A stretch of DNA of 64,000 nt from Prochloraceae cyanobacterium. GTDB taxonomy: Bacteria > Cyanobacteriota > Cyanobacteriia > Cyanobacteriales > JASJDA01. The notes beneath the pieces are model-generated. The model saw only the letters and a program-made list of their open reading frames with translations, did not search any database and was not told the origin of the DNA. The stretch covers positions 7,724 to 71,723 of the forward strand of contig JASJDA010000030.1 of the NCBI GenBank assembly GCA_030065755.1, given 5' to 3'. Positions 28,687-38,677 of the stretch are shown in pieces. A program made the translations under genes and the position numbers. The stretch's first letter is position 1. Each line of letters starts with the position of its first letter.

Positions 28687-29367
28687 ATGATTTGGCAATC
28701 GATCGGTTTAAGCCTGGGTTTGATAGGTTTAATAGGTATTTTGATAATTTTACCTGCATTTCTCTTTGATGTTTTTTGGCGATGGCAAATCGTACTATTA
28801 GTATTGAGCTATTTAATATTTTTTTCTAGTACGATTTGGCGCAGTCTAAAATACGGTAAATTTAGCGATCGCAGTCAAGACGAACAAACAAAAAGTTTAT
28901 TAGGTCGCTTGGCATTAGTAATAGCAATTTTAGGTTTTGGCAGTACCCATTGGCTAGCCATTTACGATTTTTCTCGCCTTCAATCTTTAGAAAATCATTT
29001 GGTAAATTACACGCTAAATACTATAGCAATTCTATTAATAATAATTGCTATAGTGCTAAATCAAGTTGCGGTTAGAAGTTTGGGAAGATTTTTCGATCGC
29101 TTAGTTATTAAATCAGAACATAAGCTATTAACTACTGGAATTTATAGCTACATTCAACATCCAATTTATACCAGTTATATAGTTTTGTTTGGGAGCTTTT
29201 GTCTTTTATTACACAGTTTGCTAAGTATCGGCTTGCTAGCTGTAGTTTGTTTAGTTTGGTTTAGCAACCGAATTAGTATTGAAGAGAAAATGCTTTCTCA
29301 ACAGTTTGGGGATGAATATCAAGCTTATCAACAAAAAACAAAAAAGTTGCTTCCATTTGTCTATTAA
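28687..29367 (+). CDS. isoprenylcysteine carboxyl methyltransferase (ICMT)-family membrane methyltransferase
   Basis: 226 aa polytopic membrane protein with the C-terminal LLTTGIYSYIQHPIYTSY..EE motif of the ICMT/PEMT superfamily. Confidence 0.7.
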   Translation: MIWQSIGLSLGLIGLIGILIILPAFLFDVFWRWQIVLLVLSYLIFFSSTIWRSLKYGKFSDRSQDEQTKSLLGRLALVIAILGFGSTHWLAIYDFSRLQSLENHLVNYTLNTIAILLIIIAIVLNQVAVRSLGRFFDRLVIKSEHKLLTTGIYSYIQHPIYTSYIVLFGSFCLLLHSLLSIGLLAVVCLVWFSNRISIEEKMLSQQFGDEYQAYQQKTKKLLPFVY

Positions 29368-29423
29368 CCGATAAAAGTAGCGATCGACATGTCTTCCAAC
29401 TCAATCCCGATAAAGGTGCTATT

Positions 29424-29567
29424 AACAGTAATCAGTCATCAGCAAACAGTTATCAGTTGTGAGTGGGATGAAAAGTTTCCTAATTCTATAATTAGGACGT
29501 TTCATTAGTGGTTTAAATCCATTACTGAAACAGTGATAACTGATGACTGATAACTGATAACTGATTT
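29424..29567. repeat. inverted heptamer-repeat arrays (CAGTAAT/CAGTTAT-type) flanking a small central palindrome
   Basis: Left arm aacagtaatcagtcatcagcaaacagttatcag and right arm cagtgataactgatgactgataactgataactgat. The centre contains cctaatt-ctat-aattagg. Same repeat family as 3321-3416 and 6864-6901. Confidence 0.8.
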
Positions 29568-29621
29568 AATAATAAAACAGCAATTATTTAACTGCCGTTT
29601 TATTACTCTATGTTTCAAAAT

Positions 29622-31601
29622 TTATACGTAAACAAAGTGCGTGCTGTCGGACAGATTTAAACTCCCATTAGCAACCCCTTCTATTATGGCAATCAATTCA
29701 TTGCCAAAGAAAATATCCGTTCCTGAAATTCCTGAAGCAACTAAGCTGTAATCTCTTCTATTTCCTTTGAGTTGAATCTTATCTTGCTTTTTGCCCCTAA
29801 TATCAAATTCTCGAATTATGGCTAAATCATTAGAGCCAGAGGTTGAGTAGAAAACATTTTGTTGATTTCCGAGAACAATTAGATCTGCTCCATTACTGGA
29901 TGCACCTCCATAAATAATATCCCGTTCTCCACTACCTGGATTGAGAGCATTTTCCTCAACACCGATCGAAGTATCATTGCCAGATGAACCTCTTAGAGTG
30001 TCATTTCCAGCTCCACCAATCATGGTATCGTTACCAGCATCCCCAGAAAGACTATCTCCACCTCTTCCTCCGATGAGGCGATCGTTATTCGATCCGCCAT
30101 TAATAGAATCATTACCATTACCACCATGGATCCTATTTTTGGCATCATTACCGTAAATACTGTCATTGCTGGAGCTACCAGTTAATTTCTCAATAGTTAC
30201 CCCATAAGCGATCGCAGTGCCTCTAGTAGTAGTGTAATAAGTCTTGTTGCTATTATCGCTCCGTGCTTTATAGGAAGTACCATTATAAGAACGTTGAGTG
30301 GTTAACATTCCGCCTTCGTTCATGTCAAAGCGATAACCAGAACTATTAAAATCTAGCTTAGAAAAGTCTAAAAGATCGACACCATTACTATCCCAAATGG
30401 TAGTTTTAGTAGCATTAGTTGCACTACCCCAATACCTGATACCATCAGAAAATCCATATACAGTATCAAAAGTGTAAGTAGTATTTTGAGCGTTATGATT
30501 TTTAGCTCCGTAAAGATTTTGTAATGCTTTGATATCGTAGGGCATGGGGGTTGATGCTGAATTGCCTGCAAAGTTATAACTCATCACCGTGTTGGTGGTG
30601 TTATCTTCGTCATAAGGCAAGAAAGGGCCAGTTCCGGAATTCGAACCGTTGTAATTTCCAGGATGTTTCAGACCTATAGCGTGAAAGGTTTCGTGAATTA
30701 GAGTCATGAAACCGTGAGTTCCTTCATCTCCTTGAAACCCATTAGTTGTCGAACTATTATCGTAGGAGGGATTTAAATGAACGTCTCCCCCAATGCGACT
30801 AGATGACGGATAATAGGCATAGGCATAATTAGGACCGTTAGAGAGCATATAGCGAATTTTACCGTAGCTAGTGCTCGAATCAGAAACTTCGACAAACTTA
30901 AGATTAATGAATGGCTCGATAATATTTTTTATAATGTAACGCACACTAGCTTTAACCTTATTGCTGACTGGGGATACCCCTGTTTGACTGCCGTAGTAAG
31001 AGCCGCCACTGAAGAAACTGTAAGAAATTGTATTGCTATCCCACTTCCTACCTGACAACAATGGATTAATTTGGGGGTCAAAAGAGTTGCTAACAATACT
31101 GCCATCAGGAGTTGAAGAAGAGTTAAACTCAGACGAGTTAATAGACTCAGCCAAAGAAACACAGCAAGCAGGACAACTACATCGGTTTGGCGTAACTTTT
31201 TGTGGATCGAAGGAATCGTTTCCAATCCAACCAAAACTTTGCTCTAAAGAATTATTTCTAGTTAAATCTGAATTTTCTTGTTCGGAAGAATTGGTACTTT
31301 GTTCTAGTAAATATTCTCTTGGCAAATCAATAGTATTACTTTGTCGTACAAAAGAACTATTAGAGCTATTGATTTCTGCTCGATCTCCACTCTCAATTTC
31401 TGTCGTTGTACTAAAGTCTTCCGATGCTAATTGTTGGGATGAATTTTCCACTACTAATCGATCGTTAAATTTATTGCCAAAAACACTCGATAAATTTGTA
31501 TTTTCAGCAGCAAATTTTCTGATAAGCCCTCGATCGCTTCCTATTTTGTCCAATAGATTTTTCAGAGACAATGTATTGTCTGAATTGAAATTTGTTTTCA
31601 T
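29622..31601 (-). CDS. serralysin-like (M10) zinc metalloprotease with RTX calcium-binding repeats
   Basis: 659 aa. HETFHAIGLKHPG zinc motif (HExxHxxGxxH), Met-turn TVMSY, then GGxGxD nonapeptide repeats (GGNGNDSINGGSNNDRLIGGRGGDSLSGDAGNDTMIGGAGNDTL). No N-terminal signal peptide, consistent with a type I secretion substrate. Confidence 0.85.
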   Translation of the reverse strand: MKTNFNSDNTLSLKNLLDKIGSDRGLIRKFAAENTNLSSVFGNKFNDRLVVENSSQQLASEDFSTTTEIESGDRAEINSSNSSFVRQSNTIDLPREYLLEQSTNSSEQENSDLTRNNSLEQSFGWIGNDSFDPQKVTPNRCSCPACCVSLAESINSSEFNSSSTPDGSIVSNSFDPQINPLLSGRKWDSNTISYSFFSGGSYYGSQTGVSPVSNKVKASVRYIIKNIIEPFINLKFVEVSDSSTSYGKIRYMLSNGPNYAYAYYPSSSRIGGDVHLNPSYDNSSTTNGFQGDEGTHGFMTLIHETFHAIGLKHPGNYNGSNSGTGPFLPYDEDNTTNTVMSYNFAGNSASTPMPYDIKALQNLYGAKNHNAQNTTYTFDTVYGFSDGIRYWGSATNATKTTIWDSNGVDLLDFSKLDFNSSGYRFDMNEGGMLTTQRSYNGTSYKARSDNSNKTYYTTTRGTAIAYGVTIEKLTGSSSNDSIYGNDAKNRIHGGNGNDSINGGSNNDRLIGGRGGDSLSGDAGNDTMIGGAGNDTLRGSSGNDTSIGVEENALNPGSGERDIIYGGASSNGADLIVLGNQQNVFYSTSGSNDLAIIREFDIRGKKQDKIQLKGNRRDYSLVASGISGTDIFFGNELIAIIEGVANGSLNLSDSTHFVYV

Positions 31602-31935
31602 TTTTTTCTATTAAGAATTTATTAAACTAATAAGTTGTTTTGTTGATAATTTAACTTGTTTTTATTGATTTTTGCCAAAAAATAAATTTGAATTATCTTT
31701 CAAAGATATAGACATTGCAATATCTAATGTCTAGAAAATAAAATCTTTAAAGTAGTGTTTACTGAGTATAATATAGGAATATATATAAAAAAGTCCATTC
31801 TTGTTTAGTGGCGATCGAATTACAAATTACTAGTTCAAATCTTTTTTAAGGTCTTATGTTCTCTTTTCAGATCCTATTAATTGAAGACTTTTTGATTAAA
31901 AAGTTATACTAGTAAGAATTAATTATTTTTAGCGT

Positions 31936-32334
31936 CTATTTATCACCATTTTGCCAAGTTTCAAGCATTTGTTCGGTATTAGCAACCATAACCTCTGCAT
32001 AATTAGTTATGTGTTTTTGGTGAAATACCGGTTGAATTAACCTTCGCTGGCGAAACCATGATTCTCCAACGCTTGTAATTAATCCTTCTCCCAAAATACG
32101 GCGCAAAGGTCCACCTCTCTTAACAAATAATTTTCTGTCATTGAGGACTTGCTCTATATATTCGGGGCGATTTAAGAACAAAGCCTGACTATTGCCCAAT
32201 CGCAAAGGTACAATATTGCCATACTCGCGAGCGCATTTAGTCAAAAATTCTAATCTTTCATTACTGAGGTCGGGAAGATGACCGAGAAAAAACCTTGCTT
32301 TAGGGCTGGGTAATGTAAATACATTTGCATTCAT
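31936..32334 (-). pseudogene. cytochrome P450, N-terminal 132 codons only (truncated)
   Basis: Sequence (..FLGHLPDLSNERLEFLTKCAREYGNIVPLRLGNSQALFLNRPEYIEQVL..GEGLITSVGESWFRQRRLIQPVFH) is the N-terminal third of a P450. The ORF stops after 132 aa and only AT-rich non-coding DNA follows. The heme-binding region is absent. Confidence 0.65.
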
Positions 32335-32337
32335 GGC

Positions 32338-32994
32338 TCAATTCTCCTTTGAAATAGAATCAAAATCGGCTAAACCAGCGATCGCGAATCGACTAACTAT
32401 TGCGCTTACTTCTTCAAGAGAAAGAAAATCTTTCTCAGATTCTTCATTTTGCTGCATCCACCAAACAGCAGAGCGATTGACCATCGCCACAATAGCCGTA
32501 CTCAACAGTTCGAGTTCGCAGTCTGGAATATCTAAGGGATGGATTTCTCTTAAAAGCTCAGCAAACCAATCAGCGTATCGTTCGCGCAAACTAACCCCTA
32601 CCCGCATTCCCGCATCGAAACCAGCGAAACCGACCTGGAATAAATCGCTGTTTTCCCCCGCAAAATGAAAAAACTTAGCGATCGCGCTCTCTATAATTTC
32701 GTCCCAGGCATATTCAGATTCTTTAGCCTTATCTAGAAATACATCTAACTCTTCACCTAGTTCGGAAAATCCTTTCTTTAAAACAGCAAGATAAATATCC
32801 TCTTTCGATGAAAAATGCAGGTAAAAAGTCCCGAAACCCAGATCTGCTCTCTCGGTTATTTGCGCGATCGTCGCCGATGTTAAAGCTGTTGTAGCAAATA
32901 TTTTGCGCGCAGCGTCGAGCAAACGCTTTCTTGTCTCTGCTTGACGGCGCGCTTTGCGTCCCGATCGCTTTCCTTGTTTGTCTTTTTCACTCAT
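32338..32994 (-). CDS. TetR/AcrR-family transcriptional regulator
   Basis: 218 aa. N-terminal HTH (LLDAARKIFATTALTSATIAQITERADLGFGTFYLHFSSKEDIY). The stop lies 3 nt before the P450 fragment start. Confidence 0.9.
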   Translation of the reverse strand: MSEKDKQGKRSGRKARRQAETRKRLLDAARKIFATTALTSATIAQITERADLGFGTFYLHFSSKEDIYLAVLKKGFSELGEELDVFLDKAKESEYAWDEIIESAIAKFFHFAGENSDLFQVGFAGFDAGMRVGVSLRERYADWFAELLREIHPLDIPDCELELLSTAIVAMVNRSAVWWMQQNEESEKDFLSLEEVSAIVSRFAIAGLADFDSISKEN

Positions 32995-33002
32995 AATTTT
33001 AC

Positions 33003-33035
33003 GATGATAATATCATCACTGATAAAAATATCAGT
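33003..33035. promoter_or_regulatory. two adjacent palindromes, candidate TetR operator
   Basis: gatgata-a-tatcatc (33003-33017) and actgata-aaaa-tatcagt (33018-33035), both with perfect 7-bp arms. They begin 9 nt upstream of the tetR start codon. Confidence 0.4.
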
Positions 33036-33338
33036 TTTTTTTACAAAAATGGCGATCGACTCGATCGGAAAAGCTACTGTAAACGGACAAAGAGGTATTA
33101 ACGGTTAAATGATTCTCGATCGCTTCTTGGGGCTGTGGGACTATTGCGGCAGCACATTAATCATTTGTACTACCAGGAAATTGTTTTATCAATTTAAATT
33201 GCTAAGAGCCAGGAAGTGGTCGATTCTCTCAAGATATGATAAGGGTTTTAATGATATATTAATTTCATCAGAGTTCGACAACGCTAGTAAAAAATAGCGA
33301 TCGACTTAAAATCTAGTAAATATAAAAGAATTGTTCCT

Positions 33339-34298
33339 ATGCCATTTTCAATCGATTCAGCCAGAGGAATTTTTCCTAACACTTTATCTGCAGATGCAGT
33401 ACCAGCAACAATCGCTCGGTTTAGTCAACTCAGTGCAGAAGATCAACTGGCATTGATTTGGTTTGCTTATCTGGAAATGGGTAAAACAATTACGGTTGCT
33501 GCTCCAGGAGCTGCTAATATGCAGTTTGCCGAACCAACCCTCAATGAGATAAAACAAATGACTCCTCAACAGCAATCTCAGGCAATGTGCGACTTAGCCA
33601 ACCGTGCAGACACACCAATTTGCCGAACTTACGCTGTTTGGAGTCCCAATATCAAGTTGGGTTTTTGGTATCGTTTAGGAGAATTGATGGAACAGGGACT
33701 AATTGCTCCAATTCCCGAAGGGTACCAACTTTCTGCTAACGCCAGTGCCGTGCTAGCAACAATTCAAAGCTTAGAGTCAGGTCAGCAAATTACAGTTTTA
33801 CGTAACGCTGTAGTTGATATGGGATACGATACTAGCAAATTAGGTAGCTATAAGGTAGTTTCCGAACCCGTTACTCCCCCCAAAGATATGGCACAGCGTA
33901 CTCAGGTAACAATCGAAGGTATTACCAATACTACTGTCCTGAGTTATATGAACAACTTGAATGCCAATGACTTTGATGCTCTGATTGAACTATTTGTTCC
34001 TGATGGCGCCCTGCAACCACCTTTCCGCAGACCAATTGTAGGCAAAGAGGCTGTACTTAAATTCTTCAGAGAAGAATGTCAAAATCTCAAGTTAATACCC
34101 AAACAGGGTGTTTCTGAGCCTGCAGATGATGGCTACACTCAAATTAAAGTGACGGGTACAGTACAGACTCCTTGGTTTGGCGCTGGAGTAGGTATGAATA
34201 TAGCTTGGCGATTTTTGCTTAACCCTGAAAACAAAATTTTCTTTGTGGCGATCGATTTGTTAGCATCTCCCAAAGAATTATTAAACTTTGCTCGTTAG
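33339..34298 (+). CDS. ocp: orange carotenoid protein
   Basis: 319 aa. MPFSIDSARGIFPNTLSADAVPATIARF.. N-terminal carotenoid-binding domain plus NTF2-like C-terminal domain. Followed by frp. Confidence 0.95.
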   Translation: MPFSIDSARGIFPNTLSADAVPATIARFSQLSAEDQLALIWFAYLEMGKTITVAAPGAANMQFAEPTLNEIKQMTPQQQSQAMCDLANRADTPICRTYAVWSPNIKLGFWYRLGELMEQGLIAPIPEGYQLSANASAVLATIQSLESGQQITVLRNAVVDMGYDTSKLGSYKVVSEPVTPPKDMAQRTQVTIEGITNTTVLSYMNNLNANDFDALIELFVPDGALQPPFRRPIVGKEAVLKFFREECQNLKLIPKQGVSEPADDGYTQIKVTGTVQTPWFGAGVGMNIAWRFLLNPENKIFFVAIDLLASPKELLNFAR

Positions 34299-34346
34299 AA
34301 AATAGTTAAGGCAAAAAAAACTAAAATTCAAAAAATTTTGTTTTGC

Positions 34347-34374
34347 TGCTCTCTTCAGGGAGAGCACTTTTTTT
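34347..34374 (+). terminator. intrinsic terminator downstream of ocp
   Basis: Stem tgctctc/gagagca with loop ttcagg, followed by a T7 run (34368-34374). Confidence 0.6.
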
Positions 34375-34524
34375 GTTGCTAGCTTCAAAAATTTGCTAAT
34401 ATAAGGTGTTAGACTTAAATCTAAATCTTATATGTTTATTAGACTACTCAGATTGAAAGTTAGATATTAGCTTTTTAAATCTAAGTGGTTTGATTAACCA
34501 AAGCTTAAATAAATTTTAGTTTAA

Positions 34525-34851
34525 ATGATGCAACTAAGTAACGGGTGGACTAAAACAGAACAACAAATAGCTCAAAAAGCTTTTAAAAAAGCTCATCAAC
34601 GAGAAATAAATCATTTAATTCAACAAGTTCGCGATAATGCTAGTGAAATCGCAGAACTTGAGGATCTGTGGCGTCTTCATGATTTCTTGAGTGCCAGAAG
34701 ACACGACATAGACGGTAAATACGATTATAGAGAGTCAATGCTCCTTTTTGTCTTCGCTCAGTTAATTCAACAAGGATGGCTTTATTTAGATGACTTAGAA
34801 GGTTTAAGTAAAGATAAATTGACTAAGATATCTGCTTTAACACGGATGTAA
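34525..34851 (+). CDS. frp: fluorescence recovery protein
   Basis: 108 aa. Collinear with Synechocystis FRP: WTKTEQQIAQKAFKKAHQREI..DLWRLHDFLSARRHDIDGKYDYRESMLLFVFAQL compares with WSQAETQSAHALFRKAYQREL..DLWKLHDFLSAKRHEIDGKYDDRQSVIIFVFAQL. Confidence 0.85.
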   Translation: MMQLSNGWTKTEQQIAQKAFKKAHQREINHLIQQVRDNASEIAELEDLWRLHDFLSARRHDIDGKYDYRESMLLFVFAQLIQQGWLYLDDLEGLSKDKLTKISALTRM

Positions 34852-35208
34852 TAAAATAGTATTTTGACTAATAAGTAGAAAATAACAAAACTAAGAGCTA
34901 AAACTACGATCGCTGCTAGGGTAGAGAACAAAACACAACACAATTGTTGTATTAGCAGTAATCTATGTCGTGCCACAGGCTTATAGTCTAGTAATACAAG
35001 AAAATGGGAGAAACATTTTTTGTATTTATTTCATAGGTTGACTATAGGCAGTTTCTGGGTAGAGTAGGAGCGACAAGTCAATCTTTCCCGATCGCCTCTT
35101 TGTAGAGAAAACCGAAATATATCTGGGGTGTAATCCTGCAACCATAAATTAAAGGATATCGTGCAAGATCTATAACTAAAGATAGTTCAAACAACTAATA
35201 GAGATATT

Positions 35209-37185
35209 ATGACTGTACTTGAGAAGGGCAACATCACGATACATACAGAGAATATCTTTCCCATCATCAAGAAATCTCTTTATACAGACCACGAAATTTT
35301 CTTGCGGGAATTAATATCCAACTCTGTAGACGCAATTTCTAAACTAAAAATGGCATCTCTGGCTGGAGAATTCCAAGGGGAACTTCCTCCAGCAGAGATT
35401 ACCATTACCATTGATAAAGAAAATAAAAAACTTTCAGTATCCGATACTGGCATCGGCATGACAGCCGAGGAGATAAAAAAATATATCAACCAAGTTGCCT
35501 TCTCCAGCGCCGAAGAATTTATCGAAAAATACAAGAAGACTGCTAACGACCTAATCGGTCACTTCGGACTTGGTTTCTACTCTTCCTTCATGGTCGCCAA
35601 ACAAGTAGAGATCGATACCCTATCTTTCAAAGAAGAAGCCAAAGCAGTACATTGGTCTTGCGATGGTTCTCCCAGCTTTGAATTAAGCGAGAGCGAGCGC
35701 AGTGAAATAGGGACTACCATCACCCTCACCTTAATGGAGGAGGAGGAAGAATACTTAGAAGAAGCGCGGGTTAAAAATTTAGTCAAAACCTATTCCGATT
35801 TTATATCCGTACCGATTAAATTCAACGGCGAAGCTATTAACAAGCAGCGATCGCCTTGGAAAGAATCTCCAAGAGATTTAAAGGACGAAGACTATTTAGA
35901 ATTTTACCGCTATTTATACCCCTTCCAAGAAGAACCCTTACTCTGGGTACACCTAAACACAGACTATCCTTTTCTGCTCAACGGCATTCTTTACTTTCCC
36001 AAATTAAAACCCGACGTAGACGTTACCAAAGGACAGATTAAACTATTCTGCAACCAGGTATTTGTTAGCGACAACTGCGAAGCAATTATTCCTGAATTTT
36101 TGATGCCATTGCGGGGAGTTATTGACAGTCCCGACATTCCTCTAAACGTATCTCGAAGTGCCTTAACCAACGATCGTACGGTACGCCGCATTGCCGACTT
36201 TATTGCCAAAAAAATAGGCGATCGACTCAAATCTTTATATAAAGAAGATCGCAACGAATACATTCGCTCCTGGGAAGACGTAGGAACTTTCGTCAAATTT
36301 GGCTCTCTTAAAGACGAGAAATTTAAAAAACAGGTCGAAGACCTAATTATTTATCGCACCACTTACCAACCAGAAGTACCTAGCAAAGATACCCCCAAAG
36401 TAGAAGTACAAACAGAAGAAGGAGACGAGTGGCAAGATGTTTCCTCTTCCGAAAAAGAGGACGCGCCAATAGAACCATACACCACCCTCAAGGAATATCT
36501 AGAACGTAACAAAGAAAATAACGAAAACCGAGTATTCTACTGTACCGACCCCGACACTCAAGCCACCTACATCCAACTATACAAAAAACAGGGTTTAGAA
36601 GTCCTGTTTCTCGATTCTTTCATTGATACCAATTACTTCATCCCCTTCCTAGAGAGAGAATATACTGACGTGAAATTCTCTCGCGTTGACTCCGAATTAG
36701 AGAAAACTCTAATAGACGAAGAAGAAAACAAGGAAATTGTCGATCCCAATACTAATAAAACCCGCAGCGAGGTAATTAAAGAGATATTTGAAAAATCTCT
36801 CAATAAACCCAGATTAAACGTCAAAACCCAAGCACTCAAATCAGACGATCCACAAGGAACCCCACCAGCGATGGTGCTCGTCCCAGAAGCCATGCGGCGA
36901 CTGCAAGAAATGACTGCGCTCATGCAGCAAAAAACCATGGCATTTCCTGACGATCACGTATTAATTGTTAATACCGCTCATCCCTTGATTGAAAACATTT
37001 ACCAACTCAGTAAGGGAAGCATTATTCAAGGTAGTGGGGAATCTCCTTCAGAGGAATTAGTAAACTTGATGTGTCAGCACGTTTACGATTTAGCACTAAT
37101 GTCTCAAAAAGGCTTTGACGCAGAAGGAATGAAAGCCTTTGTGGAAAGGTCAAATAAAGTATTAACCCGATTGACACAACAGTAA
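35209..37185 (+). CDS. htpG: molecular chaperone HtpG (Hsp90)
   Basis: 658 aa. GHKL ATPase N-domain (FLRELISNSVDA, DTGIGMT, GHFGLGFYS), middle domain and C-terminal dimerisation domain. Confidence 0.95.
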   Translation: MTVLEKGNITIHTENIFPIIKKSLYTDHEIFLRELISNSVDAISKLKMASLAGEFQGELPPAEITITIDKENKKLSVSDTGIGMTAEEIKKYINQVAFSSAEEFIEKYKKTANDLIGHFGLGFYSSFMVAKQVEIDTLSFKEEAKAVHWSCDGSPSFELSESERSEIGTTITLTLMEEEEEYLEEARVKNLVKTYSDFISVPIKFNGEAINKQRSPWKESPRDLKDEDYLEFYRYLYPFQEEPLLWVHLNTDYPFLLNGILYFPKLKPDVDVTKGQIKLFCNQVFVSDNCEAIIPEFLMPLRGVIDSPDIPLNVSRSALTNDRTVRRIADFIAKKIGDRLKSLYKEDRNEYIRSWEDVGTFVKFGSLKDEKFKKQVEDLIIYRTTYQPEVPSKDTPKVEVQTEEGDEWQDVSSSEKEDAPIEPYTTLKEYLERNKENNENRVFYCTDPDTQATYIQLYKKQGLEVLFLDSFIDTNYFIPFLEREYTDVKFSRVDSELEKTLIDEEENKEIVDPNTNKTRSEVIKEIFEKSLNKPRLNVKTQALKSDDPQGTPPAMVLVPEAMRRLQEMTALMQQKTMAFPDDHVLIVNTAHPLIENIYQLSKGSIIQGSGESPSEELVNLMCQHVYDLALMSQKGFDAEGMKAFVERSNKVLTRLTQQ

Positions 37186-37401
37186 AGTCCTCCCCGACTT
37201 GCGCACTTCGCTTAGTCGGGGCTGACAAAACTCGCGATTTGGCTTTCGTGCTGCAACGAGTGCCAACTAGACGATGTTACTATCAATCCCCGTCGCTTCC
37301 TCGCGGGCAGGTGTTTTGCTTATCCCTGATATGAATTCTGTTTAATTAATCATAAATACCGTAACAGCGGCGGGGAGACAGGTTAAAAATAATTATTAAC
37401 T

Positions 37402-38565
37402 TTACAATAACCCTACAAAATGCAAAGGCCCGTGACCGCTAATTAACTCCAATACCAAAGCGATAAACCCCAGCATCGCTAAACGACCGTTCCAAACCTC
37501 GGCTGCTGTAGTCATACCCCATTGCCACCTTTCTTGGGGATACATCTTCATGTTCTTCTTGGGGTGGGTCAATTCAGCAAAAGTTGGAGAGGGATTTTCC
37601 AGAGCTTCTTCGACCAAATTAGCTAAGGCTTCAATGAAGACTGGGTGAGTATTGAGGGCTGGAACGCGCTGAAAATTCTCAATTCCCGCTTCTTCGGCAA
37701 CTTCTCGGTACTCGATGTCAATTTCTTCTAGGGTTTCGATGTGTTCGGATACAAAGCTGATCGGTACTACGACTAAGTCTTTTACCCCTTTTTCCCCTAA
37801 CTCTTGTAATGCGTCTTCGGTGTAGGGTTTGAGCCATTCTACTGGGCCTACCCTACTCTGATAAGCTAGAGTGTGCGGATTAGGTCGATCGAGAGTTTTC
37901 ATAATCAGACGAGTGCATTCTTCGATTTCCTGTTGGTAGGGATCTCCTGCTTCGTCAACGTAGCTTTGAGGAACACCGTGAGCGCTAAAAAATATATGAA
38001 CTCGATCGGGGTTGGGATATTGTTCTATTTCTTGTCCGATCAAATCTGCCATAGCTCGCAAGTAGCCAGGAGCGTTATACCATGAAGGAATAACGCTATA
38101 TTTTATGCCCTTGAGGTCTCGTTCTTCGAGCCACATTTTTTCGAGGATGCGAAAACTAGAACCGCTAGTACTAATGGAAAATTGAGGATAGAGAGGAAGA
38201 ACAACTAAATTCGAGATGCGATCGCGCTCGATCCTAGCGATCGCTTCTTCTGTGTACGGATGCCAGTAACGCATTCCCACATATACGCTCACCTCTATAT
38301 CTTTGGCAGATAGTTTTTCTTCTAGCGCTTGGGCTTGGGCTTCTGTTATCTTTCGCAGTGGCGATCCCCCGCCAATTTTTAAATAGTTCTGTTGCGATTT
38401 TTTAGCTCTTAAACTAGAAATTAACCATGCTAGTGGTTTTTGCAGTCCTTTTATCGGTAGGCGAATAATTTCTGGATCGGAAAAAAGATTATATAAAAAT
38501 GGACGTACGTCCTCTATTGCTTCTGGCCCACCTAGATTAAGTAATAAGACCCCAACACGACCCAT
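37402..38565 (-). CDS. hemH: ferrochelatase with C-terminal CAB/Hlip-type helix
   Basis: 387 aa. [15 protein letters not shown] start, ferrochelatase core, and a C-terminal chlorophyll a/b-binding motif ([13 protein letters not shown]). Confidence 0.95.
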   Translation of the reverse strand: MGRVGVLLLNLGGPEAIEDVRPFLYNLFSDPEIIRLPIKGLQKPLAWLISSLRAKKSQQNYLKIGGGSPLRKITEAQAQALEEKLSAKDIEVSVYVGMRYWHPYTEEAIARIERDRISNLVVLPLYPQFSISTSGSSFRILEKMWLEERDLKGIKYSVIPSWYNAPGYLRAMADLIGQEIEQYPNPDRVHIFFSAHGVPQSYVDEAGDPYQQEIEECTRLIMKTLDRPNPHTLAYQSRVGPVEWLKPYTEDALQELGEKGVKDLVVVPISFVSEHIETLEEIDIEYREVAEEAGIENFQRVPALNTHPVFIEALANLVEEALENPSPTFAELTHPKKNMKMYPQERWQWGMTTAAEVWNGRLAMLGFIALVLELISGHGPLHFVGLL

Positions 38566-38677
38566 AGTTTCTACAACTTTGTAATTTTTTCAGGTTTTTT
38601 ACCAATTTTAACAATATAGCTTTTTCTTAGGTTTAACTGGTAACAAACTACACACAATTTAATCAGGAGGTTTTCAG

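Noticed and set aside
34782-34976. 64-aa minus-strand ORF with a TM-like segment, overlapping the 3' end of frp.
   Set aside because: It overlaps frp by 70 nt in antisense and is short, with no family signal.
37186-37401. GC-rich stretch between the convergent htpG and hemH genes, with a CCCCGAC..GTCGGGG hairpin (37195-37224) and vague similarity (CTCGCG..TTGGC) to the 11947-12068 island.
   Set aside because: The hairpin is plausibly just the htpG terminator region, although it lacks a U tract. The similarity to the other island is only a few short strings and could be chance.
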